Of a stretch of 64,000 nucleotides of DNA, positions 48,090 through 59,013 are shown piece by piece (within the stretch, counting starts at the first letter, position 1; each line of letters opens with the position of its first letter). Origin of the DNA: an uncultured Pseudomonadota bacterium (GTDB lineage: Bacteria; Oederibacteriota; Muellerivitia; Muellerivitales; Muellerivitaceae). The notes beneath the pieces are model-generated. The model was not told where the DNA came from. It saw only the letters and a program-made list of their open reading frames with translations, and searched no databases. Position numbers and translations under genes: made by a program. The stretch covers positions 160,001 to 224,000 of the forward strand of contig CAWIIP010000002.1 in NCBI GenBank assembly GCA_963836235.1, read 5' to 3'.

Positions 48090-49454
48090 ATGATGTTGAA
48101 CGATTCCTTAACCAAAACAACCCTTGTATTAGAAACCGGGGTAAACCCCGATTTCCTGGCTTCCAAACTGAGCCAAGTCTTCGCCAAAGACAATCCCCTG
48201 CCCACGAAAATCATTTTGGCTTCCCCGCCCGGTCAAAGGGAAAAAATTCTCCTCAGGCTCTCGCTTTTTTTAAAAAAATTCGAGTTGGTAGAAATCCAAT
48301 CCCTTCGTCACGATCTTCTTCCCCGTGTCACCACACCCTTGTGGGCCTACTTGCCCGCTAATGCCCCCTATTCGCCACCAACATTGGGGGGCTTGGAGAA
48401 ACGGGGACCCGATCATTTCTTTATCCGGCCCTGGATTCCACCCGTCACTTTGAAAGACACCGAATGGGCCCGCCTGGTTTATATGGCCTTTGGGTGGATT
48501 TCGACCCCAACTCTATTTCAACATCTAGGCATGGAAAGCACCCTGACCCTGCTTGACCTCGAAAGGATTTCCCGTAACTCGGGTGGTTCACTTCCCTATT
48601 TTTCGGCTCCAGCGAGCCCGTCTTCCCATGAACCGGCGCGGTCAAGTGAAGGTCCCGCGAAGTTGTCACCTCGATCCCGTGTATTGGCACTGGTACCCCA
48701 TTTCAATTGTGAACAGTGGTTGGGGCAAGCCCTGGATTCCCTCCTAGGCCAAACCCGTCCGCCCAACGCCATCGCGGTCTTGGACGACGCCTCCACGAAT
48801 TCTCCATTGGAAATTGTGCGCAAATACCCCACCGTAACCCTTTTGCGCTCCCCCGAAAACGTGGGGCCCTACCGCCTATTGCAGACGGTGATCGACCAGA
48901 CAGCCTTTGACGCTTACATGTTCCAGGACGCGGACGATTGGTCCAGCCTGGACCGGTTGGAGGAATTGCTGAATGAAGCGGAAAGGACGGGCGCCGAATG
49001 GATCAGCGCCCAGGAGCTCATGTATTTCGAGGATATCATCCACGCCTGCCGCTATCCCCTGGATCTGAACTCGACGCCCCAAGCCTCCATCCGCCACCCC
49101 TTCTGCTATCCCGGCAGTGTGATTTCGAGGGATTTTTTAACGCGGTTAGGAGGATTCGCTTCTGGTCTGCGTTTCAGCGGCGACTTCGAGCTTTTGACCC
49201 GGGCCGTCTGGGCCGGAAAGGTCCGCAACCTGGACCGCTACACCTATTTCCGCAGAATCAGGAAAAATTCGTTGATTACGTCGGAAGGTACAGGTCTGAA
49301 CAGCCCCGCCCGAAAGGAAGTAGATACTTTGATTGAAACGAGAAAAGCCGAAAACTTGGCCATGGTGATGAAGAGTGGAACACCCAATCTGGAACCTATA
49401 AAAACCGCCGGGCATGTTGCTTTCGAGCACTTGGCAGGACCGCCGTTGTTTTAA
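48090..49454 (+). CDS. Glycosyltransferase family 2
   Basis: VPHFN..LDDAST..FQDADD..GGF..GDFEL. Confidence 0.85.
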   Translation: MMLNDSLTKTTLVLETGVNPDFLASKLSQVFAKDNPLPTKIILASPPGQREKILLRLSLFLKKFELVEIQSLRHDLLPRVTTPLWAYLPANAPYSPPTLGGLEKRGPDHFFIRPWIPPVTLKDTEWARLVYMAFGWISTPTLFQHLGMESTLTLLDLERISRNSGGSLPYFSAPASPSSHEPARSSEGPAKLSPRSRVLALVPHFNCEQWLGQALDSLLGQTRPPNAIAVLDDASTNSPLEIVRKYPTVTLLRSPENVGPYRLLQTVIDQTAFDAYMFQDADDWSSLDRLEELLNEAERTGAEWISAQELMYFEDIIHACRYPLDLNSTPQASIRHPFCYPGSVISRDFLTRLGGFASGLRFSGDFELLTRAVWAGKVRNLDRYTYFRRIRKNSLITSEGTGLNSPARKEVDTLIETRKAENLAMVMKSGTPNLEPIKTAGHVAFEHLAGPPLF

Positions 49455-49784
49455 TTTAAGGCCCAATAGCCGATCAATCATCCATATCACCTGTCCCAAT
49501 GGGTTCCCGTTAGGGACAATCCACATGAGTCTTTAAAGTTTTTAAACAGATTCTAAGATATTACGTGACGTGATAAGAGTAATCACCGCCTGCCGCTTAT
49601 TCGCTTCCAGCAAAGGAATGGCGCACGGTTCACCTGGTTTCCACAAGGAATACTGTTGAGGAAAATTCAGGTCGGTCCCATTGGCGATTGTTAGACTTTT
49701 GAAGGGTGGTGGGCAACGCCCATTAAGTCTTGAACCTGTTTTTTTTGAAATCAGAATGAACCTGCTGCTCGCTTCTATTTCCGC

Positions 49785-50945
49785 TTAATACAATGGGGCC
49801 CAATCTCCCGTATAGTTCGAGCCGCCGGAAGTGAGGAGGGAGAAGGCGATCCCATCCGCCTTGGCCAGGATGATCGTCCAGGTACTGTCGTCAAAAATCA
49901 CAAATTGGCTGTCCGGGGACCAATGGACAGCCGTACCGTTCGCCGCGTTGGAAGATATGAGGGTGACATTTGATCCACTGTTACTCATAACGTAAACATT
50001 AAAGCCGCTTCCAGAGTCATAAACATAAGCGATTTTTGACCCATCGGGGGACCAAACCGGCGTATAAACTCCCCCGGTGCCGTAACTAGTCAGCGGAACC
50101 GGGTTGGAACCATCGGGGTTCATGGTCATGACATTCCCCGAGTAGATGTAAAGTATTTTGGTCCCATCCGGCGAATAGGAGGGATTGGTGCTGGCGGTCA
50201 AGCCACTGGTCAAGGTAGCGGGACTGCTCCCGTCCGGGTGAACCGTTCCAATTTGTGTCCCCGATGGACCGGTGCCGTCAAAAACAATCGTGGTGCCGCT
50301 GGGGGACCAGGATGGGTCCGTTCCGGGAACGACACTGACCGGGACCCCGCCCGCGGCCGGAATAAGGCAAATAGTGGTCGGGGTCGTGGGCGCGACGTAG
50401 CAGATGATGGTTCCGCCCGGCGACCAGCACAATGACCCGCCCTCCACGCCCAAATAGTTATTGCTGGTCCCATTGGCGTTGATCACGTAAATCTGGCTGC
50501 TGTCGCTGGCGCCGCACAGGAAATAAGCGATCTTGGACTTGTCCGGCGACCACCGAGGGACGCACTCCTTATGGGGAGTGCTCAAGCTGGTTAAATTCCG
50601 CTTGTTGGAACCGTCCGAGTTCATGACGTAAATATCCTCCAGGGCGAAGGGTTGGCCCGCATAGACGATGTCATTGGACGGCGTTGAGGTAGAACCGGGG
50701 GCCAAGGTTCCCGTAGGGGTAGTGGTGGGGGTAAAGGTGATTGTCGGGGTGTTGGTGTAGGACCCGGTTGGGGTAAAAGAAAAGGTAATGGAGGGTGTGT
50801 TGGTAATGGTAGGGGAATGGGTGGGGGTCGGCGGAACCGGTGTGGACGTGGGCGAGGGAGAAGCCGGAGTCGTGAGTTTACTGCTGCAAGCGAAAGACAA
50901 CGGGAATGCGCCAAGTAGAATTAGGAATGGAAATATTTTTTTCAC
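49785..50945 (-). CDS. TolB-like (PD40) beta-propeller lipoprotein
   Basis: SFAC lipobox; repeated P.WSPDG..I. Confidence 0.85.
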   Translation of the reverse strand: MKKIFPFLILLGAFPLSFACSSKLTTPASPSPTSTPVPPTPTHSPTITNTPSITFSFTPTGSYTNTPTITFTPTTTPTGTLAPGSTSTPSNDIVYAGQPFALEDIYVMNSDGSNKRNLTSLSTPHKECVPRWSPDKSKIAYFLCGASDSSQIYVINANGTSNNYLGVEGGSLCWSPGGTIICYVAPTTPTTICLIPAAGGVPVSVVPGTDPSWSPSGTTIVFDGTGPSGTQIGTVHPDGSSPATLTSGLTASTNPSYSPDGTKILYIYSGNVMTMNPDGSNPVPLTSYGTGGVYTPVWSPDGSKIAYVYDSGSGFNVYVMSNSGSNVTLISSNAANGTAVHWSPDSQFVIFDDSTWTIILAKADGIAFSLLTSGGSNYTGDWAPLY

Positions 50946-51351
50946 TTTATACTCACCCCCTAAAATAAGTCGGCAAAAATCTTCCCGGGCAATGAAAAGG
51001 TTTTAACCGGAATTTCCAACATGACCTTGCCCGTCTAAACCGCCAAGTATAATTTCTCAAGTATACCATGCCCAACTTTTTCAACCATTGCCAAGCTTTT
51101 CGGACCAATGGTGGGAAGAAGAACCCTTTAAATCGAGATTTCAGGAGCTTAAAAGTCCAATAGAATAACCGGAAAAAGTTTGTCCATTGATATGAATGGG
51201 CCTGTCATACGGGCAGTTTTCCATTCATGTTTTTTCTTCCCAGGTACCCGCGAAAAGCCTTTGCCCCGAAAGCTGAGCATATATCAACTTAATCGCACTA
51301 GTTCTTTGATTACTACATCTCCCCGTCATGGACCCTTCTTAATTCTAGCCA

Positions 51352-52455
51352 TCATTTTGAATATCGAACCCGAAATCCATCCATGAACTCCAAAAGCCGG
51401 TTCACATCCTCTTCCGTTACGGCGTTATAGAGGGAAGCCCTTAAGCCTCCGAGAGAGCGATGGCCTTCCAAGCCGTAAAAACCGGCGGTGGTGGCTTCGT
51501 CGAGAAAGGTCTTATCTAGTTCAAGGCTGGATAGGTGGAAAACAACGTTCATCTTCGACCGGTCTTTTTTAACTCCATGAACCCGGAAGAAGTCTGGATA
51601 ACGGTCCAGCAGGCCGTAGAGGGCCCGGGCTTTTTTTTCGTTCAGGGCGGCCATTTTCTCCAGGCCGCCGATAGTGTCCCTTAACCAACGTGCGACCAGC
51701 AAGGAGACATAAATGGAGTAAACGGGCGGGGTGTTGTAGATGGAGCCCATTTCCACGTGGTTGCGGTAATCGAGCATGCTGGGCAAATCGTTTGGGGCAT
51801 TCTTTAAAAGCTCATCCTTGAGAATGACCAGGGTCAATCCCGCGGGCCCCAGGTTCTTTTGGGCGTGGGCGTAAACGAGGCTGTAGTCCTTGATGTCAAA
51901 GGGATAGCTTAAAAAATCCGAGGACATGTCACAGACCCTCGTCACGCCCTTCAACCCTGGCAAATAGTGAAATTGCAAGCCCTCCACCGTTTCATTCGAG
52001 ACATAGTGGAAATAAGGCGCTTGAGGGTCATAGGTTAGCTCGCTCGCCTCCGGCAGGCGGGTGTAGCCGCCGGTTTCGCCGTCATAAAGCACCCGCACCG
52101 GCCCCTCCAGGTGCGCGTCCGGGATAGACTTGGCGCTCCAATAACCAGTTTTCAGGTATTCGGCGGTCTTTCCTTTCCCTCGCAAAAGCAGCATGGGAAC
52201 CATGGAAAATTGCAGGCTGCTGCCCCCTTGTAGTTGGAGAACATGGTAGTCAGAGGGGATATTCAAAAGTTGCCGAAAAATGCCTTCAGACTCCTGAAGA
52301 ATAGCCTTGAAATAGTCGGACCGGTGGCTGATCCCCAGGATGGATTGTTTGGTTCCGGGCGCCTGGAGAATAGCCTCGCTGGCCTCCACCAGCACTTGGT
52401 GGGGCAAGGCTCCGGGGCCGCCCGAAAAATTGAGACTCGAGTTACCGGCCATCAT
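51352..52455 (-). CDS. serC: Phosphoserine aminotransferase
   Basis: NFSGGP, ISHRS, NETVEG, DMSS, AQKNLGP, NTPP, GHRSLGGLRASLYNA. Confidence 0.95.
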   Translation of the reverse strand: MMAGNSSLNFSGGPGALPHQVLVEASEAILQAPGTKQSILGISHRSDYFKAILQESEGIFRQLLNIPSDYHVLQLQGGSSLQFSMVPMLLLRGKGKTAEYLKTGYWSAKSIPDAHLEGPVRVLYDGETGGYTRLPEASELTYDPQAPYFHYVSNETVEGLQFHYLPGLKGVTRVCDMSSDFLSYPFDIKDYSLVYAHAQKNLGPAGLTLVILKDELLKNAPNDLPSMLDYRNHVEMGSIYNTPPVYSIYVSLLVARWLRDTIGGLEKMAALNEKKARALYGLLDRYPDFFRVHGVKKDRSKMNVVFHLSSLELDKTFLDEATTAGFYGLEGHRSLGGLRASLYNAVTEEDVNRLLEFMDGFRVRYSK

Positions 52456-52471
52456 TATTCCTTTTTCCCGA

Positions 52472-53404
52472 TCATTTCTTCGAAGCCTCCAAGACATCCT
52501 CCAATAGTTTGCGGCTGAATGCCTGGTCGCGGAAGGGAAAAAGCGTAGCGTTGGGGGTCAAAGTGAACTCGCTGAAATAGACCCCTTCCGGCAGGTCATA
52601 CAAATCCACCCGCACGAAATCAAAGGGTTGGGACAAGTCCGAGGCGGTTTGGACCAGCTTGGCCCAATGGGCCGGCTTTTCCGGCAAAAGTTCGGGTAAG
52701 GGAAAAATGTCCTTGATGAGGATATGCCGGTGCTCAGGCACGGTGAAAAGGGCCTGGCGGTGATCCGAAAACCGGCCCTCGTCGTACTGGCAGAAAAAGA
52801 CCTTGCCCCGGGAGGCATAAAAACGGAAATCCGGCGGGGGGTGATACTTCATTCCGCTTTTCCCAAAGGAAACGGAGGATGGCAGGCATTCCTCCACCAT
52901 TATTTTCGGCCTCAACCTCATGTATTGGACTTCGTATTCGTTCAAAAAATAATTCCGTCGGGCAAATTGGTACATTACGAAGGTCTGCTGGATGATGGCC
53001 GGCAGATCGCCGCTCCCTAAAAAAACAATCCCCCCGGAAGTATGGGTGGGTTTAGCCACCAGGTTTTTGCCGACATAGGGATACAAAAAAACCCCTACTT
53101 CTTCCAAAGTGGTTTCGGGGGTAAGGGGAAGGATCGCCAAGGGCAGAGGGGCCCTGATGTCCGGGGAAAGGGTCGCAGCGATAACTTTCGCTTCTTCCTT
53201 GTCGACACAGAGTTCCTCGTAAGGTGTAAAGGGGCCGGTCATCCGGTGGAAAATATAATCTTCGAATGTGGCCTGGGACGAGGCCAGGAACTGGGGCCAG
53301 CGGTGGTGTTTTTTGATAAATTTCGGAAGGGCCAGGAGCTTGATAGCCCAAAAGTGCCGCTTCAGCGCCAGCCCCTCTAAAACCTTTTGTAGCCACTTTT
53401 TCAA
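52472..53404 (-). CDS. TupA-like ATP-grasp protein
   Basis: CVDK, KPTHTSG, DFRFY, FVRVDLY, FSEFTLTP. Confidence 0.85.
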   Translation of the reverse strand: MKKWLQKVLEGLALKRHFWAIKLLALPKFIKKHHRWPQFLASSQATFEDYIFHRMTGPFTPYEELCVDKEEAKVIAATLSPDIRAPLPLAILPLTPETTLEEVGVFLYPYVGKNLVAKPTHTSGGIVFLGSGDLPAIIQQTFVMYQFARRNYFLNEYEVQYMRLRPKIMVEECLPSSVSFGKSGMKYHPPPDFRFYASRGKVFFCQYDEGRFSDHRQALFTVPEHRHILIKDIFPLPELLPEKPAHWAKLVQTASDLSQPFDFVRVDLYDLPEGVYFSEFTLTPNATLFPFRDQAFSRKLLEDVLEASKK

Positions 53405-53657
53405 GAGTGCGTCCGTGTGGATGAGATGTCGAGTCTAAAACCCATATTATTTCATTGAGACGTATGAAAAGAACCCACGAGCCGTCCGTTCAGAAGATAA
53501 ATCATTTGGTGAAGCGGCCGACCTTATTCCTTAATCTAACGGCAAAAACCTTATGTCCTGAACTTTACAAAGAGCTTACTTCTCTATTCTGGCTGTTGAT
53601 ATACTCCTACTAATTCATCTAAAGGAGAACCCCTCGCCCGAAACTCCTACCCATCTC

Positions 53658-54473
53658 ATGATCGCCACCCCCTGTTTTGACGGTCACATGACCGGTATCT
53701 ATTCCAATTCCATGTTGAGGCTCCAACAGACCCTTTTCCAGCGGCAAATCCCCATTTCCGTGAAGACCATCCTGGGGGACGCCCTCATCACCCGGGCCCG
53801 CCAAAACCTCCTAGCCACCTTCATGGATAGCAAGGACGCCACCCATCTTTTGTTCATCGACTCGGATATCGGTTTCGAGCCCATCCAAGTTCTTCGGCTC
53901 TTGGAATATGGCGCGGATATCACCGCCGCCGCTTACCCGGTGAAGAACATCAATTGGCATAAGCTGTCTGAATTGGCCAAGGCGGACAGGCCCAATCTTC
54001 ATTCCGCTTCGCTGGATTACGTGGTGGAATTTGAAAACCCCAAGGCCATCCAGATCGAAAGGGGCTTCGCCAAGGTACGGGCCGCCGGAACCGGCTTTCT
54101 GATGATCCGAAAACCCGCCCTCCAACGCATGATGGAACACTACTCCGGCCTACGTTATTCCAGGGACTTGGTACTTCACGACGAATGGAAGGATTCCAAG
54201 TGGCGCTATGCCCTCTTCAACTGCATGATCGACGAGAAAACGGGCATCTATTTAAGCGAGGATTACAGCTTTTGCCGCCGCTGGACGGACATGGGCGGCG
54301 AGATATGGCTGGACCTTCAAAGCAGTCTCGTCCACGCGGGCACCACTTATTTCAAGGGGGATATGGCTACCCAAGTCGAGAAGTCGAAGGAACAAAAACC
54401 TCCGGAAGAAAAACCAAAAAAAGGAAAAGCAAAAGGGTTGCGGATTGTCAAAAAGGACGAAAAGTTAAACTGA
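53658..54473 (+). CDS. GT-A fold glycosyltransferase-like protein
   Basis: IATP, LITRAR, LLFIDSDI, GTGFLMI, LSEDYSFC. Confidence 0.75.
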   Translation: MIATPCFDGHMTGIYSNSMLRLQQTLFQRQIPISVKTILGDALITRARQNLLATFMDSKDATHLLFIDSDIGFEPIQVLRLLEYGADITAAAYPVKNINWHKLSELAKADRPNLHSASLDYVVEFENPKAIQIERGFAKVRAAGTGFLMIRKPALQRMMEHYSGLRYSRDLVLHDEWKDSKWRYALFNCMIDEKTGIYLSEDYSFCRRWTDMGGEIWLDLQSSLVHAGTTYFKGDMATQVEKSKEQKPPEEKPKKGKAKGLRIVKKDEKLN

Positions 54474-54613
54474 TGCTGAAGAACCGCAAAATCAAATTTC
54501 GATAATTTATTTTGAAGGTTTACCAAACTAGGACACCCGGTGCGTCCCTTCCTTTTTGTGGGACGATCCCTAAGGACTTTGCCCTGGTTTTTCATGGAAA
54601 ATTCTTCAAAAAA

Positions 54614-57571
54614 TTAACGCAGAACTATAATTTCCCCCATTTTCTTATCCGAACCATCATCCAACAAATAAACATACAATCCGCTGGCCACTTCCTCGCC
54701 CACTTGGTTTTTCAAGGGCCAAACAACGGTGTTAGAACCGGCATTACCTTCCATGGAACTGAAATAAATCGATTCTCCCGCCAAACTACTAATGGAGAAA
54801 TTTACCTCTGTTCTTGTTCCCAGATTGAAAAGGAACTTGATGGGTTCTCCGTTCTTTGAAATATTCGGTGCCACTAGGACCGTGGGAAAGAACCCGCCTG
54901 CGAGGGTGGTTGGAATTAGGCTCGGCGTTATGGTCTGGGTTGGGGTCAATGTCTCGGAGTTCGTGGCGGTGGGCGTAAACGATGGGGATGCTGTCCATGA
55001 GGCCGTCGGAGTATCTGAAAACAAAGCGGTTTCGGTGGGGGAAAGCGTGTTCGTGGTGGTGGCCTGCGTTGTGTCTGTCGAAGTAGGCGGTACTGTCGGG
55101 GTGTCGGTGGGAGAAGGAGTTATCGAATCGGTTGGGCTTGGCGTGTCGGTCGGCGGCGGGTTATTCGTAGGTGAATTGGTTACGGTGAATGTCGCCGTGG
55201 CAATGGGAGGGTTGGTGGCGGTGGCGGTAATCGTCGATGAATCGGTCGGAGTAGAGGAGGCACTGGACGTTGAGGAAGGCGTGGCCGATGCCACAGGGGT
55301 AAAAGTCGGGCTAAAGGTGGGTGTCGGGGTGGATGAAGCAGTGGCCGTGAATGTCGATGTCAAAGAGGGGGTGGAGGTACTGGTTGGCGTCGCGGACAAG
55401 GTAGGCGTAAAGCTGGGGCTGGAGGTTGGGCTTGCCGTATTGGTCGGCGGCACAGGACTATTGGTGGGCGAGTTCGTGGCGGTGAAAATCATTGTGGCAA
55501 TGGGAGGGTTGGTGGCGGTCGCGGTGGCCGTGGATGAATTAGTAGGAGTAAAAGACGCGCTGGCCGTAGATGAAGAAGTAGCTGATACCGTAGGGGTAAA
55601 AGTGAGGCTAAAGGTTGGCGTCCCGGTGGATGAAAAAGTGGGCGTCAATGTAGATGTAAACGAGGGAGTAACGGTGGGCGACGGCGAAGCCGATGCCGTG
55701 GCGGTCGAGCTGGGACTTGATGTCGAACTTGCCGTAGTGGTAGCCGGTGGCGGGCTATTCGTGGGTGAGTTCGTCGCAGTGAAAGTCCAACTGGCAACGG
55801 GAGAAAGGGTAGATGTTGACGTTGAGCTCCGGGTGGGACTAGTCGTCGGTGTATTCGTAGCCGTGAAAGAGACCGTCACGGTCGCCGCCACTGTCGGAGT
55901 ACCTGTGCTGGTGGGAACCGGCGTCGGGAAAGGCGTGGCGGCGACAAGAAGGCCATACACTACCAGGTTGCTCAAGGTCGGCACATAGACCTTGCCATTA
56001 ATGATGGTGGGTGGGGTGAATTTGTTGTTATTGGCCCCGGTATTATCCCGGTTCCCCGCCGCCTGAGTGGAGTCATAAAGCTTGGTGGCGAGGTTGGTGG
56101 CGTCGTAGGCGAAAAGATCGGCCGGAGTGCCGGGTTGGATGGCCCAAAGGATCCCATTGGTGTTGCCGTTGGAGGAAATACTGGTCACGACACCCGGAAA
56201 GTCGAAAATATCGGCGGTTTCGGAGGAAGGGGTGGTGTTGTACTGGCCGTTCGAGAAGGAAAAGGCCCGGATGGGATCCCCCACGAAGCTCCAGTAAACA
56301 TTGCCGTTAAAATAACACGCGGTGGTGAAAGCCGCGAAAGTCGTCACCGAGGCGGCGTGGAACTCCTGCACGACGGCGTCCGTTTGTCCTGCTCCCCTTT
56401 GAAAGCCGCCCATGTTGTCGCGGTCCAAAAGGAAAATATCGCCCCTCTTATCCCCGCCGGTCAAAAGATGGGGATGGGCGGCGCTTCCGACGGAATCAGG
56501 CAAGAGCATGATGCCTACCGCGCCCATCTCGTCATCCGTAAGATTTATGGCAGCCTCGTTGGCGGGTGAAAAATAATCCGCGATGGCCGGGCTGGTGCCG
56601 GGAATCAGTTTGATGATGCTCTCGCCATAATCCACTCCCCCCAAATTCGCGTCAAAGGGGCCCGTGGCGCAGGACATGAAAAAGTTTCCGCTGGAATCCA
56701 CAGCCGGGGCCGCTCCGCTTTGCCAAACCGAGCCGCTTTGCGAAACCGGCGCAGTGTTGAAAACACTTTGAAGCGTCAAGTTCGAGGCGCCATAGCCCAG
56801 AATCCAGCCGTAATAAAGATTGTCGTCGCAATGGGAACCCCAGAAGGTGTAGACCAATCCACCGGATAGCACCAGTCCCGGCCGGTTAAATTGATGGAGG
56901 GCGGTGAAAGTGATGGGCCCGCCGATGCCGTTCCATACCGCCGCGATCGAGACGGGCCCGCCGAATTTCTCGGCGCCCGTCAACAAATCCAGTGCGTGAA
57001 GCCGGTGCACATAGTGGGTGACGGGCCCGGCCGAAACTTCCTTGGTCTCGGCCACCGCATAAAGGGTATTGGTGGAAAGATCGATCGCGGGCGTATCGGT
57101 TATCCCCAGTTCGGGGCTTACATCAGGACAAGAGGCTACCTCCTTGTAGGGGACGGTGGTCACCCCGGAACTCAAAAAGCTGACCTGCCAAAGGGGGTTG
57201 GCATTGGCACCCGTGTTGTTGTCCGCGTCGAAAGCGTAGATGCTGTCATGCTCGGTGCAGACGAAAACCACGTTGTGGGTCGCGCTATTGATGTTAAGGT
57301 TGGGAACGTAAAGCGGCTGACCAAAAAGATTTCCGTCCACCGTATGGGCGAAAATCTTGCCGAATGTGGTGCTGTTCACGTTGGAGGGCGCCAGCAGGGT
57401 TTCGTTGGGATTCAGCCCCGTGCGGGAAGTGTCGTTGTGCCAGAGAACCATGGAATTCTGGGCCTGGGCGGAAAAGGCCAGAAGGAAGAAAATGGCAAGA
57501 TAAGCCAATAATCGGAATATCTTTGGGGGATAATTCGGAAAAGCCGCTTCAGAAAAATGAGAAAGGTTCAT
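54614..57571 (-). CDS. Secreted PQQ-type beta-propeller protein with Thr/Pro linker and CTD-like tail
   Basis: HND..RTGLNPNE, QPLYVP, GITDTPAID, KFTPPTIINGKVYV; SGLY..IIVLR tail. Confidence 0.8.
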   Translation of the reverse strand: MNLSHFSEAAFPNYPPKIFRLLAYLAIFFLLAFSAQAQNSMVLWHNDTSRTGLNPNETLLAPSNVNSTTFGKIFAHTVDGNLFGQPLYVPNLNINSATHNVVFVCTEHDSIYAFDADNNTGANANPLWQVSFLSSGVTTVPYKEVASCPDVSPELGITDTPAIDLSTNTLYAVAETKEVSAGPVTHYVHRLHALDLLTGAEKFGGPVSIAAVWNGIGGPITFTALHQFNRPGLVLSGGLVYTFWGSHCDDNLYYGWILGYGASNLTLQSVFNTAPVSQSGSVWQSGAAPAVDSSGNFFMSCATGPFDANLGGVDYGESIIKLIPGTSPAIADYFSPANEAAINLTDDEMGAVGIMLLPDSVGSAAHPHLLTGGDKRGDIFLLDRDNMGGFQRGAGQTDAVVQEFHAASVTTFAAFTTACYFNGNVYWSFVGDPIRAFSFSNGQYNTTPSSETADIFDFPGVVTSISSNGNTNGILWAIQPGTPADLFAYDATNLATKLYDSTQAAGNRDNTGANNNKFTPPTIINGKVYVPTLSNLVVYGLLVAATPFPTPVPTSTGTPTVAATVTVSFTATNTPTTSPTRSSTSTSTLSPVASWTFTATNSPTNSPPPATTTASSTSSPSSTATASASPSPTVTPSFTSTLTPTFSSTGTPTFSLTFTPTVSATSSSTASASFTPTNSSTATATATNPPIATMIFTATNSPTNSPVPPTNTASPTSSPSFTPTLSATPTSTSTPSLTSTFTATASSTPTPTFSPTFTPVASATPSSTSSASSTPTDSSTITATATNPPIATATFTVTNSPTNNPPPTDTPSPTDSITPSPTDTPTVPPTSTDTTQATTTNTLSPTETALFSDTPTASWTASPSFTPTATNSETLTPTQTITPSLIPTTLAGGFFPTVLVAPNISKNGEPIKFLFNLGTRTEVNFSISSLAGESIYFSSMEGNAGSNTVVWPLKNQVGEEVASGLYVYLLDDGSDKKMGEIIVLR

Positions 57572-57848
57572 ATTGCCGGGACCATAGACGTACCCTTTTC
57601 AAAAACGAAATAGGAGCCAATTGGTTCACAAACGCCCCAGAAATCTTTTGGAACATTACCATAGTTTCCGGGTTTGTGCTAACAATCGCACTATTTCAAG
57701 TTGCTCCCGCAACCGCTGTTACGATCTTGTTAAACTCTTCAAAAAAGATGTATCAAGTATATTCAAAGCCAAATCCCGAAGGCCTAAAGTTTCAATTCTC
57801 ATCAAGAAAACGACATTTCTTTATTTGAACAATTCAAAAATGCTCGGA

Positions 57849-58058
57849 TCACTTCTTCTTAAAATACTGAACCGGTCTCCCAGTGGTCGCAAAAAAGAAG
57901 AGGTCCCAAGCAACAAGAACTAAAATAATAATCAGGCCTATTTTCACAATCAGACCAGGAGCGACAAACCAACAAAATAAAGCCAGCAAAAGACAAGTGC
58001 TTCCCACTAAAAAGCTGAGCACTCTTAGAGTTTCTCTTTCTCTTCTTCTTTCCCCCAT
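57849..58058 (-). CDS. Small membrane protein
   Basis: Two TM segments. Confidence 0.4.
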   Translation of the reverse strand: MGERRRERETLRVLSFLVGSTCLLLALFCWFVAPGLIVKIGLIIILVLVAWDLFFFATTGRPVQYFKKK

Positions 58059-58114
58059 AAAGTTCCGCTTTCTTCAAGTACTAGAAATCTGATATGCCCT
58101 AATAGAGCCCGTTT

Positions 58115-58567
58115 CTATTCAGCTTGTTCGAAATGCAATTCAACGTCTGCGTCAAATCGCATTTCCACCTTCAAATAAGACCCACTGCTTTGTATGAATT
58201 CAGTAAAACCGGTTAGTTCTTGGATGTTATTACACCATTTGTTGCCATGGCCAAGCTCACGCAATTCTTTATCAGGAGCAAATTTAAAGGTAAATAAGAG
58301 TTGCCAGATATCATCATCCTCACTTTCGCCAGTGATAAATTGACGTGTTAAATTAAATTCAAAGTGCGCTCCCTTGCCCCAATTGTAAGTGCCCCATTGA
58401 AAAAGAAGCATGTCTTCGCCTTCATTAAAATCACAGCCGTCCGCACGAACATCTCGATAGAACGATAGCATGGCTTCCACACCCGTTACTGGAGTAAGTC
58501 GGTTTGAATTAAGTTCTCGAATTTTTAGATAACTCTCAAATTCTTCCTTTGCATTTTCCGGCTTCAT
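58115..58567 (-). CDS. Hypothetical protein
   Basis: 150-aa ORF, DMLLFQWGTY motif. Confidence 0.65.
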   Translation of the reverse strand: MKPENAKEEFESYLKIRELNSNRLTPVTGVEAMLSFYRDVRADGCDFNEGEDMLLFQWGTYNWGKGAHFEFNLTRQFITGESEDDDIWQLLFTFKFAPDKELRELGHGNKWCNNIQELTGFTEFIQSSGSYLKVEMRFDADVELHFEQAE

Positions 58568-58713
58568 TTTTCCACCTTTTATCGCTCCACGTGTTGGGTT
58601 CGAACCGGTCCACCATACCCTTAGAATTGCCGTATCTTAGCTCTTTTGGGAGGACGTTGCCGATCCCTCGGACACGCTATCGGACTCATAACAGCCATCG
58701 CCACCCTTATAAC

Positions 58714-58761
58714 GGCCCTCCGACAAGCTCAGGGCAGGCCATTCGACTAGCTCATGGCAGG
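58714..58761. repeat. REP-like tandem motif (CGACAAGCTCAGGGCAGG / CGACTAGCTCATGGCAGG)
   Basis: Two adjacent copies resembling the widespread CTTCGACAAGCTCAG intergenic repeat. Confidence 0.55.
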
Positions 58762-59013
58762 TTACCCGGTATGTGCCATTGTGCCAACGTGCCAGCCCCG
58801 TACCCCCCATTTGAAAACCCACTAAAAGGCCGACTTTTCAATGTGCCAATATGCCACCGGATATTGGCTATCGCCCACGGGAGGAGCATCCCATTTGAAC
58901 CCAAAGAATAACAACTAACCTCTTCCCCGGTCGCCTAGAGATACAGAATCAAAATCTCCCAAATAGAAGGCTAAATTAGTACCCCTGGCGATTCCGAGAT
59001 AAAATGAACGTAT

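Noticed and set aside
58590-58616. GGGTTCGAACC...CCACCA resembling a tRNA 3' end
   Set aside because: No T-stem/acceptor pairing and no upstream cloverleaf.
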